DNA of 57,886 nucleotides from Syntrophorhabdaceae bacterium (GTDB lineage: Bacteria > Desulfobacterota > Deferrimicrobia > Deferrimicrobiales > Deferrimicrobiaceae). Where the stretch lies: NCBI GenBank assembly GCA_009783195.1, contig WRHP01000005.1, positions 1 to 57,886 of the forward strand. The letters are read 5' to 3'. Both the position numbers and the translations under genes were made by a program. Within the stretch, counting starts at the first letter, position 1. Each line of letters starts with the position of its first letter. Below, piece by piece: positions 37,682 to 47,262 of this stretch. The notes under the pieces are model-generated. The model searched no databases and was not told where the DNA came from. It worked only from the letters and a program-made list of their open reading frames with translations.

Positions 37682-38474
37682 GCGTACCGGCGAGCAAGAC
37701 GCGTCGCAAGCTTTTACGCCTCAAGTGGTTGCGGCGCCAGAAGAAGAAAGCGCCCCGGACCGCTCCTATTACCGCCAATCCCGGCCGGATATCGAAGCAA
37801 TGATCCCCGTCCGCGCTTTACGGATACTGGATATAGGGTGTGGCGAAGGCGTGCTTGGGCGTAATCTCTTGAAAAAAAGGGCGATCGAAGTTGTCGGAAT
37901 AGAGGCGGATCCGGCGGCGGCGGAAGCCGCGCGCAAGAACTTGACGCGAGTTTTACATGGTGATGCGGAGACGATGGATTTTCCGTTTGAGGATGGGTAC
38001 TTCGATTGCGTCGTCCTTGCGGATGTTCTGGAACACATGCGTGATCCGCTCTCGATCCTTAAAAAAGCAAAACGGTGTCTTTCCGGTTCGGGTGTTGTTG
38101 TGGCAAGTATTCCCAACGTCCGGTTTATAGGTGTGCTGAATCTGCTTGTTGAAGGGCGATGGGAGTACAGGGACGAAGGGATTCTCGACCGGACCCATCT
38201 GCGGTTTTTTACGAGGAAGGAAATGGAAATCCTGTTTTGCGACGCCGGGTTTGAGCTGGAAAAAGTTTTCGAAAATATGGCCCCGGAATACGCTTCCGTT
38301 CCCTCCGGCCACAAAGGTGATATTACATTTGGTCGTGTTGCGCTTCGTGACCAGACGCTGGAAGAAATAAAGGATCTGTTCGTTATCCAATACGTATTTC
38401 GTGTCCGGAAGGTCGGTTTAGCCGCAATTTCTGTTAACGAGGCTATTGAGGATACCGCTCCCCAAAGGAAATGA
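37179..38474 (+). CDS. Maf-N-like domain + class I SAM-dependent methyltransferase fusion
   Basis: N-terminus encoded by the repeat; then YY...RPD, ILDIGCGEG, ADVLEH..DP, SIPNV, GILDRTHLRFFT. Confidence 0.82.
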   Translation: MYLEQNLKKLETLSPRLAKRLRDAECAGSVTVVTSKAGLPSIKIEDALLHSLYDPAREARDWVEHHQADTEAASSIAVLGVGFGYHVEELLRVTNKPVVAFEPRLDVLRAAATARDMSALFSRVKIACCPDDLEVPTADGLLCILRYEPSVRLDPAAHKEAESRMETLRTGEQDASQAFTPQVVAAPEEESAPDRSYYRQSRPDIEAMIPVRALRILDIGCGEGVLGRNLLKKRAIEVVGIEADPAAAEAARKNLTRVLHGDAETMDFPFEDGYFDCVVLADVLEHMRDPLSILKKAKRCLSGSGVVVASIPNVRFIGVLNLLVEGRWEYRDEGILDRTHLRFFTRKEMEILFCDAGFELEKVFENMAPEYASVPSGHKGDITFGRVALRDQTLEEIKDLFVIQYVFRVRKVGLAAISVNEAIEDTAPQRK

Positions 38475-38981
38475 CGCCATGTATTTAGAGCAAAACCTGA
38501 AAAAACTTGAAGCGCTCTCCCCTCGGCTTGCAAAGCGTTTGCGCGACGCCGAATGCGCCGGAAGCGTTACCGTCGTTACGTCGAAGGCCGGGCTACCGTC
38601 GATAAAAATCGAAGACGCGTTACTGCACAGCTTATACGACCCGGCGCGGGAAGCCCGCGATTGGGTGGAGCACCATCAGGCCGATATCGAAGCGGCGTCT
38701 TCTATCGCGGTGCTTGGAGTTGGCTTTGGATATCACGTGGAAGAATTGTTGCGCGTCACGAACAAGCCGGTGGTGGCGTTTGAGCCCCGGTTAGACGTTT
38801 TGCGGGCCGCCGCTACGGCGCGTGATATGTCCGCGCTGTTTTCGCGAGTTCAGATCGCGTGCTGCCCCGACGACCTTGAGGTTCCGCCGACGGACGGTTT
38901 GCTTTGCGTCCTGCGGTATGAGCCGTCCGTGCGTTTTGATCATGCCGCGCACGAGGAAGCCGCATCCCGCTTGGAGACGCT
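38446..38981 (+). repeat. direct repeat copy B (~536 bp)
   Basis: See copy A. Confidence 0.95.
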
Positions 38982-40266
38982 CCATGCTGTCGCGCGAGGG
39001 TTGAATATAGCCGTGGTCGGCCCGTTCTACGGAGGATCGCTGCCTGTTGCGGGCTACTGCGTTTCGGCGCTGCAAAGTTGCGGACACAATGTGGAATTTA
39101 TCGACAACAGCGTCTATGCGGATGCATTACTCTCGATCGACGGGATGACGGATAGCCAAACTCACCGAAGGATCTTGATGGGAAAGTTGGGGGAGTTTGC
39201 GTCCGAGGCGGCAATGGCGCGGATCGTACAGTTTCGTCCCGATATCGTGCTTGCGCTGGCGCAGGCGCCGCTTAATCCGCCGTCCCTGAAGATTCTAAGA
39301 GAAAATGGAGTCGTGACCGCGTTCTGGTTCGTGGAAGATTTACACCATATGGGGTATTGGCGGGATCTCGCCGGCGAATACGATTATTTCTTCGGGATAC
39401 AAGAAAACCTCCTGGATATGCTGCGTGAAGCGGGCGCGCCACGTCCGGCATTTCTTCCTTTGGCGGCGTCTCCTGATATTCACCGAAAGATGGATCTGGA
39501 CGCGGAAGATCTTGCGGAGTTTGGCAGCGATGTTTCCTTTGTTGGCGCGGGGTATCACAACCGGCGGCAAATGTTCACGGGGCTTATAGACCTCGATTTC
39601 CGGATATGGGGCAACGATTGGGATGGATGTCCGGGCAGGCTTAGGCCGTTTCTGCAGCGGGATGGCGCGCGCGTGGACACCGAAGACATTGTGAAAGTGT
39701 TCAACGCCAGCCGGATCAATATCAATCTGCACTCCTCCAGCTACCATGAAGGCGTAAACCCCGACGGCGATTTTATAAATCCGCGAACATTTGAAATCGC
39801 GGCTTGCGGCGCTTTCCAGCTTGTGGACTCAAGAAAGAAGCTTTCCGATTTCTTTCAAATCGGAGAGGAGATCGTGTGTTTTGACAATCTTGCCGATCTG
39901 CGCGCCAAGATCGCCCGGTATCTGGAAGATCCCGAAGAGAGAAAAGCGGTAGCCGAGCGTGGCATGCGGCGGGTTCAAAGGGACCATACATATAAGCGCC
40001 GGATGGAGGAAATGATAGGCTTCATGGTCCGGTCGGGCTTGCGTCTGCCGTGGCGGGAGGAGCGAAGGCGGGAGGACCCCGGAAAGCTTATAGCCGAGGC
40101 CGGAGCGGATACCGAGCTTGGGAAATATCTGGCCCGCTTTGCCGGGGCGCGCAACCTGAAACTTGCGGACATTTTGCAGGAGATTAAGAAAGAGAAAGGG
40201 GATCTCTCGCGTGTCGAGCGGATTTTCCTGACTATGGAGGCGTTTCAGGCATGGGCGCGGAAATAA
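38479..40266 (+). CDS. Maf-N-like domain + CgeB-family glycosyltransferase
   Basis: HSLYDP, GP.YGGSLP, FWFVED, LPLAA, NPRTFEIAACGAFQ, HTY..RM. Confidence 0.85.
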   Translation: MYLEQNLKKLEALSPRLAKRLRDAECAGSVTVVTSKAGLPSIKIEDALLHSLYDPAREARDWVEHHQADIEAASSIAVLGVGFGYHVEELLRVTNKPVVAFEPRLDVLRAAATARDMSALFSRVQIACCPDDLEVPPTDGLLCVLRYEPSVRFDHAAHEEAASRLETLHAVARGLNIAVVGPFYGGSLPVAGYCVSALQSCGHNVEFIDNSVYADALLSIDGMTDSQTHRRILMGKLGEFASEAAMARIVQFRPDIVLALAQAPLNPPSLKILRENGVVTAFWFVEDLHHMGYWRDLAGEYDYFFGIQENLLDMLREAGAPRPAFLPLAASPDIHRKMDLDAEDLAEFGSDVSFVGAGYHNRRQMFTGLIDLDFRIWGNDWDGCPGRLRPFLQRDGARVDTEDIVKVFNASRININLHSSSYHEGVNPDGDFINPRTFEIAACGAFQLVDSRKKLSDFFQIGEEIVCFDNLADLRAKIARYLEDPEERKAVAERGMRRVQRDHTYKRRMEEMIGFMVRSGLRLPWREERRREDPGKLIAEAGADTELGKYLARFAGARNLKLADILQEIKKEKGDLSRVERIFLTMEAFQAWARK

Positions 40267-41966
40267 AAGAAATTCTCGTTGTCAACACAATGCGCATGGG
40301 AGACCTCGTCCAGACGACGCCAACGCTTATGGGGCTTAGAAAAAAGTGGCCCGACGCCAGGATCACCGTCCTTGTGAATTCGGTGTTTAAAGAGATCTGC
40401 AAAGGCATGCCGTTCATCGATAATCTTATTGTTTGCAAAAAGGGCGAATTCGTAAAAATGTTCGAGAAAGAGAATAAATACTCGCTTGTTGAGTGTTATC
40501 GGCGCATTGAAGAGTTGGTAGACGAGGTAAACCAGACAGAATACGACCTGATGATCAATCTTACGCCGTCGCCCGATAGCGCTTTGCTGGTGTCGCTGTT
40601 TAATGCGCGTGAGATGCGAGGGGTAACAGCGGGCGCCGACGGCGCTCGGGTTATCCGGCATCCCTGGCAGCGGTATCTGATGAACGTGATTCCCTCCCGC
40701 AAGTACAATCCGTTCCACTTGAGCGACATCATGATAAAAACCGCCGGCATTCCTCATTCCGGCGACGGGCTTAGCCTTTCCGTGTCAGACGAGGAGAGCG
40801 CAAAGGCAAGGGCGCTTCTGGAGCAGTTTGGAGTAAACGACGGCGACTTGCTGATCAGTTTTCAACTCGGGGCAAGCAAGGAGTTGAGAACCTGGCCGGT
40901 TGCTTCTTTCGCGCGGCTTGGGGACTTGCTTACGGAGTCGCTTAAAGCGCGCATCCTGCTTACAGGATCAAATTCAGAGGAGAAACTTGGAAAAGAGTTT
41001 GAATCCGCCTTCTCCCACAAGGCAATAAATCTTATAGGGAAGACCAACTTGAGAGAGGTGGCCGCGCTTTTGAAGCGGTGCTCCATTCTGGTTACAAACG
41101 ACACGGGGCCGCTTCATATAGCAACGGCGGTCGGCACAACCGCCATCGCCCTGTTTCTTGGGCACGCCTGCTGCCGGGAGACCGGTCCTTACGGGGAAGA
41201 TCATTACGTGATAGAGGCGGACATCTTATGCAGTCCGTGCGGGCATGCTGTTAAATGCACTAATCACCTGTGTAAAAAGATGGTTACGCCGGACTGCGTC
41301 TTGGAACTTGCGGCGCGCATTCTTTCTTCGGGACGGATAGAGAAACTTGAGGATGGCCCGGTATGGGAGAGCGTCCGTGTTTTCCGCTCCTGCTTTGCGC
41401 CGGACGGCATGCAGGATTACGCTCCGCTTCTTCGCCGCACGCTGACTCCAGAGGTGTTCTATCAGTATATTTATCGGGAAACGTGGCTCCGCGTCCTTGA
41501 CGGCGATTCCGGGTTTCGCGCGGAAGAAATTTGCGGCGTGATAGAGGCGAGGGTATCCGCCTGGTACCGGGAAGGCGATCTGGTGTCGGTGCTGCGGGTA
41601 GCCGGCGAAGACCTTTCGACGCTGCGCAAAATGGAAGCATTGGCCGAAGAGGCCTCGACGAGGATATCGCTTATAAAAAACGAAATAGACAAGCCGTCAC
41701 CCGACGTTGGGTTGATTCAACGCGTCTGGAAGGATGCGCCGGTCATCGACCGTGAGATCGATACGCTGGGACGCACTCATCCCGCGCTCATGCCGCCGGT
41801 CATGATGTTCAGGTATGACAAAGAGGCGTTGGAAGGGAAAGAACTTGCGCCGATGGTGGAGGCCGCCGTAGGGTTTTATGCCGATCTCAAGAAACACTTT
41901 TCCATGCTTACGGCAACAATTGAGCTTCTCCTTGAAAAGCACGTAAAAACAGCGCGAGACTCATGA
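40251..41966 (+). CDS. GT9-family (heptosyltransferase-like) glycosyltransferase with C-terminal extension
   Basis: RMGDLVQT.P, QLGAS...R.WP, VTNDTGPLHIA.AVG, C.PC. Confidence 0.85.
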   Translation: MGAEIKEILVVNTMRMGDLVQTTPTLMGLRKKWPDARITVLVNSVFKEICKGMPFIDNLIVCKKGEFVKMFEKENKYSLVECYRRIEELVDEVNQTEYDLMINLTPSPDSALLVSLFNAREMRGVTAGADGARVIRHPWQRYLMNVIPSRKYNPFHLSDIMIKTAGIPHSGDGLSLSVSDEESAKARALLEQFGVNDGDLLISFQLGASKELRTWPVASFARLGDLLTESLKARILLTGSNSEEKLGKEFESAFSHKAINLIGKTNLREVAALLKRCSILVTNDTGPLHIATAVGTTAIALFLGHACCRETGPYGEDHYVIEADILCSPCGHAVKCTNHLCKKMVTPDCVLELAARILSSGRIEKLEDGPVWESVRVFRSCFAPDGMQDYAPLLRRTLTPEVFYQYIYRETWLRVLDGDSGFRAEEICGVIEARVSAWYREGDLVSVLRVAGEDLSTLRKMEALAEEASTRISLIKNEIDKPSPDVGLIQRVWKDAPVIDREIDTLGRTHPALMPPVMMFRYDKEALEGKELAPMVEAAVGFYADLKKHFSMLTATIELLLEKHVKTARDS

Positions 41967-42001
41967 GATACTTTACACAAACTTGAAGCGGGAGAAATGC
42001 T

Positions 42002-42421
42002 ATGACAAACGGCGATCCGCAGGTTGAGTTGCTTGCCACGATAAAGCAGGGAGTAGATACGGCGATATCGGTAGCGGACGAAATCGAGGCCGGAATCCTT
42101 GATTGTTCGAAACAACTGAGGGTCGATCCGTCGTTTGAGACGTTCACGTCGCTTTCTACAGGAATAAGCAACCTTGGCGACATAGTCGCCCTGATGCAGG
42201 AAATCCAAAACGGCTGCGCGCATCTGCGTAATAACCCTGTTCCCGCGGAGTCTGTTGCCGTATTTGGAAAATCGGTCGATCTGTTTCGCGAGGCGCAGGC
42301 GTCTATGGAACGGCAAGACTGGATTTCCCTAGCCGATCTGATGCAGTACGAGATTTCCCCTATCCTCAAAGAGTCAAAGCGGGAGCTTATTGCCATGCGG
42401 GATTGCCTGGAGCAAAACTGA
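42002..42421 (+). CDS. hypothetical helical protein at the end of the glycosylation island
   Basis: GGAG RBS, 139 aa, QDWISLADLMQYE motif. Confidence 0.65.
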   Translation: MTNGDPQVELLATIKQGVDTAISVADEIEAGILDCSKQLRVDPSFETFTSLSTGISNLGDIVALMQEIQNGCAHLRNNPVPAESVAVFGKSVDLFREAQASMERQDWISLADLMQYEISPILKESKRELIAMRDCLEQN

Positions 42422-42463
42422 TTAGACCAAAACCATATTAATGGAAACAGAATACTTTTTTAG

Positions 42464-42498
42464 GCTTTCCTGACAACAGTCTCAGGAAAGCTTTTTTT
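42464..42498 (+). terminator. rho-independent terminator
   Basis: GCTTTCCTGA-CAACAGTC-TCAGGAAAGC followed by T7. Confidence 0.82.
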
Positions 42499-42686
42499 AT
42501 TTTTTCGACGGCGTTTGAGTGTTGAAAAAGGTGTTTGGAACATTCGAAATTCGTGAAAATCTAATCGAAAATCATTACTTCTTTTTCTTTGATACGACAG
42601 CAGATTTGCGTATTGTTTCGCGCTTGTTCTTCCGAAAAGAACAAGGTAGTTTAAGAATTTAAAGCATTTTCGGAGAGCATTGACGT

Positions 42687-44198
42687 ATGCCGATTATGGA
42701 AAATGAAAGGAAAGGCCAGATACTGATCGTCGATGATGACGCAAGTGTTCGCGGTCTCCTTTCACAGGTTCTTGCGGAAGCGGTGAATTACGACATAGAT
42801 ATGGCTGCCGACGGCGTGGAAGGGCTTGAAAAGGTTTGCTCCAAACAGTACGACCTCATATTTACAGATCTCACGATGCCTCGCATGAGCGGTATGGATT
42901 TCCTTCAGAAAAGTAAAGAAATCAACGCCTCCATTCCGGTAATTGTCCTTACCGGGCTTTCCTCAATGGAAGTCGCCGTTTCCGCAATGCGCAAAGGGGC
43001 CTCCGATTTCCTGACAAAGCCGTTTACAATCGACAAGATTATACAAACCACCAGACGTGTTCTCGGCGAGTGGAAACTGTACGGTCGGCTTGTCTCGAAG
43101 CAAGGCTCCGACGAGTCGCTAAAGATGTTGAACGCCGAGTTGTTCAAGCGACTTCAGGAGATAGGGGCGCTCCACTCGATCGGCCTCGAGGTTGACGGCT
43201 GCCTCGATAACCGGGAGATCTACAGCCGGGTGGCGCAAATGGCGGCGAAACTTTTGGCGGTGCGCGAGGCGTTTTTCGGCATCGTTGAGGGAGATCGCTT
43301 GAACATCCGCTCATCCGTCGGAATCAACAGCGATTTATTCCCCATCTCCGGGCGCTTGTTTGATACTGTCATTCGTGACAAGAAACACTTTATAGCTGAT
43401 ATAAAAAAGCCGCATCCCTATACCGGCGTTGAGCTTATGTCCCAGTTCCTGGCGATTCCGTGCCTCGTCGGAAACGACGTGTTCGGTATCCTGAATCTCT
43501 CCGGAAAGACGGACAGCGCTTCTTTTACCGAGGAAGAGATCTTCATCGCTATCAATCTGGCCCGGAAGATCTCGTCAAAGATCGAAAATAACGCGCTGTA
43601 CGAGGCTTTATTCAATAACGTCGCCGATACGATGAAATCAATCATCACCATGGTCGGCGCGCGGGATTCCTATACGAAGGAGCACTCCGACCGGGTTACG
43701 ATGTACTCTGTTCTGATTGCGGAGGCTATGGGGGTTCCCCAGGGAGAGATAAGCACACTACGGTTTGGCGGATACCTGCACGATATCGGTAAGATCGGGG
43801 TCCGCGACACGGTGCTTCTCAAGCCGGGCAAGCTGTCGCTGGGAGAGATAGGCGAGGCGCAACTTCATGCCGTCATCGGCGACGAAATCGTAAAGCCCAT
43901 GAACTTCTTCGAGAAGGAACGCAAGGTCATACGGAATCACCACGAGCGATACGACGGAAAAGGTTATCCTGACGGTATCGGAGGCGAGGACATCCCGATC
44001 ATAGTCCGGATTCTGACCGTAACGGATGCGTATGACGCCATGACGTCTCATCGCCCTTACCGGAGGGCGCTTTCGGTCCAGATGGCAGTCGAAGAGCTGG
44101 AACGTTGCGCGGGTTCGCAGTTTGATCCGGCGGTAGTGGAGGCTTTCAAAGCGATACTTAGTGAAAAGGAGATTTTAGATGGCACTGGACATCGGTAA
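42687..44198 (+). CDS. response regulator with REC-GAF-HD-GYP domains
   Basis: ILIVDDD/DLTMP/TKPF; GAF-like middle; LHDIGK, HHERYDGKGYP, RPYR. Confidence 0.88.
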   Translation: MPIMENERKGQILIVDDDASVRGLLSQVLAEAVNYDIDMAADGVEGLEKVCSKQYDLIFTDLTMPRMSGMDFLQKSKEINASIPVIVLTGLSSMEVAVSAMRKGASDFLTKPFTIDKIIQTTRRVLGEWKLYGRLVSKQGSDESLKMLNAELFKRLQEIGALHSIGLEVDGCLDNREIYSRVAQMAAKLLAVREAFFGIVEGDRLNIRSSVGINSDLFPISGRLFDTVIRDKKHFIADIKKPHPYTGVELMSQFLAIPCLVGNDVFGILNLSGKTDSASFTEEEIFIAINLARKISSKIENNALYEALFNNVADTMKSIITMVGARDSYTKEHSDRVTMYSVLIAEAMGVPQGEISTLRFGGYLHDIGKIGVRDTVLLKPGKLSLGEIGEAQLHAVIGDEIVKPMNFFEKERKVIRNHHERYDGKGYPDGIGGEDIPIIVRILTVTDAYDAMTSHRPYRRALSVQMAVEELERCAGSQFDPAVVEAFKAILSEKEILDGTGHR

Positions 44199-44925
44199 AA
44201 AGGTCCTCTTCAAGGCGATGCCGGAGATCGTCTTTCAGCAGGCTACGATAATATCCTCGGATGAAGACACGATCGTGCTTGATGTCGCGGGGAAAAAGGA
44301 CATCAGTATCGGTCAGCGAATCATGATCTCCGCCGACGGGAGCCATCTGTTCACAAAAGTTGTTGCTTGCGAACAGGGCGCGGTTAAAGTGCGCAAAACA
44401 TGGTCGAACAACCGCAGCTATTTCCGGGTGGATGATGTTGTGCCGCTTGTAATCAGAAAAGTGATGCCGGGCGAGCCGGTAGGCGTGTCGCGGTCGTTCC
44501 CGTTTAGCGACGTCGTCTCTTCCACCGCAAAGGAAACGGTCGTCCCGGATGTGGACCCGCGTGTTTGGCAGATGCTCGTCAATATCCATGCGATGCTCGG
44601 GATGATTCTGGAGCGCCTCGACATGCGGGCCGAAGGGTTCCTGAAAGCGGAGAATACGCGGGTGAATATGAGCGCGACCGGGATGGCTTTCCGCACGAAG
44701 GAGCGTTTGGAACTGGGGGATCTGGTCGAAGTCAAGATGCTCCTTCCGGCCCGGCCGTCTTTGGGTATGATCGTGTACGGAAATATCGTCCGCGCTGACG
44801 ATGTGGGGAATGGGGAAATAGAGATAGCGCTGCATTTTGGGGAGATGAGCGAGGATCTGCGCAACGAGATCAACCAGTATTCGCTTATGCGCCAGCGAGA
44901 GATTATCCGCAGCGCCAGGGAATAG
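44179..44925 (+). CDS. PilZ-domain (c-di-GMP-binding) protein
   Basis: RSYFR (RxxxR) and NMSATG ([D/N]xSxxG); directly upstream of the stator genes. Confidence 0.78.
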   Translation: MALDIGKKVLFKAMPEIVFQQATIISSDEDTIVLDVAGKKDISIGQRIMISADGSHLFTKVVACEQGAVKVRKTWSNNRSYFRVDDVVPLVIRKVMPGEPVGVSRSFPFSDVVSSTAKETVVPDVDPRVWQMLVNIHAMLGMILERLDMRAEGFLKAENTRVNMSATGMAFRTKERLELGDLVEVKMLLPARPSLGMIVYGNIVRADDVGNGEIEIALHFGEMSEDLRNEINQYSLMRQREIIRSARE

Positions 44926-44940
44926 TGAGGTCGGGATAAG

Positions 44941-45690
44941 TTGGACCGCTCAAGCATCATAGGGATCCTCCTGGGAATTACCGCGATAGTTGCGGGAAAC
45001 ATGCTGGAAGGCGGCGCGATAGGATCCATCGTCCAATGGACAGCCGCGGTGATAGTTTTCGGCGGAACAGCAGGAGCTACTCTTCTGAGCTTCCCTTTCT
45101 CGGACATAAGCCGGGCGGTGTTGTCGCTGCGTTCTGTTTTCTTTGGCGCCCCTCCCCATTCCGAGCAGATCATACGGCGGATCGTCGATTTCTCGGTTAT
45201 CGGACGCAGGAACGGCCTGATCGCTTTGGAGTCTGAGCTGGTGTATGTCGAAGACTTGTTCTTGCGTCGGGCTATCCGGCTGGCGGTTGACGGGATGAAC
45301 CACAAGATGCTCCGGGAGACGCTGGAGCAGGAAATCTCGACATACGAGGATGAGAGGCGAAAAGAAGCGAAAGTGTGGGAAACGGCGGGCGGCTTTGCTC
45401 CGACCATCGGAATCCTCGGGGCGGTCCTGGGGCTTATTCATGTGATGGAAAACCTGTCAGATCCGTCGAAGCTGGGCGCGGGGATTGCCGTGGCTTTTGT
45501 GGCTACGGTATATGGCGTAGGTTCGGCCAACCTCTTTCTGCTTCCATTGTCAAAGAAGCTCCACAGCCGGATCGACGATGAGCTGTACAAGCGCGAGCTG
45601 ATCCTCGAGGGAGTAATCGGAATCCAGTCGGGGGTAAATCCGTACTATCTAGAGCAAAGGTTGCGGTCATTCGTGGAGAATGGACGATGA
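44941..45690 (+). CDS. motA: flagellar stator A subunit, short (MotC/PomA-like) type
   Basis: LEGG, GGTAGA, GGFAPTIGILGAVLGLI, AFVATVYG. Confidence 0.9.
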   Translation: MDRSSIIGILLGITAIVAGNMLEGGAIGSIVQWTAAVIVFGGTAGATLLSFPFSDISRAVLSLRSVFFGAPPHSEQIIRRIVDFSVIGRRNGLIALESELVYVEDLFLRRAIRLAVDGMNHKMLRETLEQEISTYEDERRKEAKVWETAGGFAPTIGILGAVLGLIHVMENLSDPSKLGAGIAVAFVATVYGVGSANLFLLPLSKKLHSRIDDELYKRELILEGVIGIQSGVNPYYLEQRLRSFVENGR

Positions 45691-46370
45691 GGCGACGGAG
45701 ACGCGGCACTGAACACGAAAACTCGGACCGCTGGATAATACCGTACGCCGACTTCATTACGCTGATGTTTGCTTTCTTTACGGTTATGTACTCGATCAGC
45801 CGGGTCGATTCCGTGCGGCTGAGCGAGTTTGTCGGTTCGACAAGGGAGGCCTTCGGGCCGCGCGCCCAGGGCGTACCGTCCGTTGTCGAGGAAATCGCGC
45901 CGGTCGTGCCGATTAAAGAGCGTATGAGGCAGGATGCGATGCGGGTGATCAATATGACGGGAGCGTCGGGTCTTGTCTCCGTTCGCGCAGACGAGAAAGG
46001 GCTTGCGCTGTCCATAGGCGAGCATGTGTTGTTTGATTCGGGACAGGCGATAATCAAGCCTTCCGCCGCCGGCGCCATGGGCGCGGTGGCTTCTATTTTG
46101 AGGACCGCAGGGTGTAATGCGGTAGTGGAAGGACACACGGACAGCTTGCCGATCTCGAACGAGCGGTATGCCTCCAACTGGGAACTTTCCACTTCGCGGG
46201 CCACGAACGTGCTTGTGCTGCTTGTTAATGAGTACGGCGTGGCGCCGGATCGTGTCGGCGCCGCGGGTTACGCGGAGTTCCGGCCGATCGCCTCCAACGC
46301 TACACCTGAAGGACGCGCGCGGAACCGCCGTGTGGATATCGTCCTCCTTGCGGAGGACAAGGAGGAGTGA
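45687..46370 (+). CDS. motB: flagellar stator B subunit (MotD-like)
   Basis: RWIIPYADFITL (catalytic Asp); OmpA-like domain EGHTD, NWELS, NRRVDI. Confidence 0.9.
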   Translation: MRRRRRGTEHENSDRWIIPYADFITLMFAFFTVMYSISRVDSVRLSEFVGSTREAFGPRAQGVPSVVEEIAPVVPIKERMRQDAMRVINMTGASGLVSVRADEKGLALSIGEHVLFDSGQAIIKPSAAGAMGAVASILRTAGCNAVVEGHTDSLPISNERYASNWELSTSRATNVLVLLVNEYGVAPDRVGAAGYAEFRPIASNATPEGRARNRRVDIVLLAEDKEE

Positions 46371-46407
46371 CCGGAATCAAGAGAGTTTCAAACGGGGGTA
46401 ACTTCGT

Positions 46408-47262
46408 ATGGCGATAGTCGGAATTGCGGTTGTTGCCGCCGCGATCGTCGGCGGTTATCTGATGGAGCACGGAAACCTGTCGGTTCTGTTCCAGCCCGCG
46501 GAACTTGTTATCATCGGCGGTACGGCAATCGGAGCGTTTCTGATTTCCTCGCCGCCAAAGATCGTCAAGCACGTTGTCGGCAATATCGGAAGCGTTTTCA
46601 GCATGAAGAGCCACGGGAAAGACCATTACGTCGAGTTGCTTTCCCTGCTGTACCGGATATTCTCCAAAATCCGCAAAGAGGGGCTTATTTCTATCGAGGC
46701 GGATGTCGAGCATCCGGACAGGAGCGCTTTGTTTCGGAGATTTCCGTCGGTTGTCAAAGAGGAGCGTATCATGAACTTCATCTGCGACAACCTCAAGGTA
46801 GTCGTAACGACGAGTATTCCCCCGCACGAGCTCGACGGGTTACTTGACCTGGAGATCGAGACCGGTTCACACGAGGCGCAGGTGCCGTCCCACGCGCTTA
46901 CAAGCGTTGCCGACAGCCTTCCGGGCATCGGCATTGTCGCGGCGGTCTTGGGGATAGTTATTACTATGGGCAAGATCAACGAGCCGCCGGAAGTCCTTGG
47001 TCACAGCATTGGCGCGGCACTCGTCGGAACTTTTCTTGGCATCCTTCTTTGTTATGGTTTTGTCGGACCAATGGCAACCAACATTGGCTATAAGGTAAAA
47101 GAGGAAGAGGTGTCGTTCCAGGTCGTCAAACTGGCTATCGTCGCGTTCGTGGGAGGGTCTGCCCCGCAGATTGCCGTTGAGTTTGGGCGGCGCGCGATTC
47201 CGGAAGGCGACAAGCCCACTTTTGCCGAGCTTGAAAAAGCCGTGAGGGCTGCGTCCAAGTGA
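46408..47262 (+). CDS. motA: flagellar stator MotA (enterobacterial-length type)
   Basis: QPAELVIIGG, LPGIGIVAAVLG, ALVGTFLG, AVEFGRR. Confidence 0.92.
   Translation: MAIVGIAVVAAAIVGGYLMEHGNLSVLFQPAELVIIGGTAIGAFLISSPPKIVKHVVGNIGSVFSMKSHGKDHYVELLSLLYRIFSKIRKEGLISIEADVEHPDRSALFRRFPSVVKEERIMNFICDNLKVVVTTSIPPHELDGLLDLEIETGSHEAQVPSHALTSVADSLPGIGIVAAVLGIVITMGKINEPPEVLGHSIGAALVGTFLGILLCYGFVGPMATNIGYKVKEEEVSFQVVKLAIVAFVGGSAPQIAVEFGRRAIPEGDKPTFAELEKAVRAASK

Noticed and set aside
37146-38981. Direct repeat as an assembly artefact
   Set aside because: The copies differ at about 25 positions, many synonymous; both ORFs stay in frame; and a decayed third copy exists.
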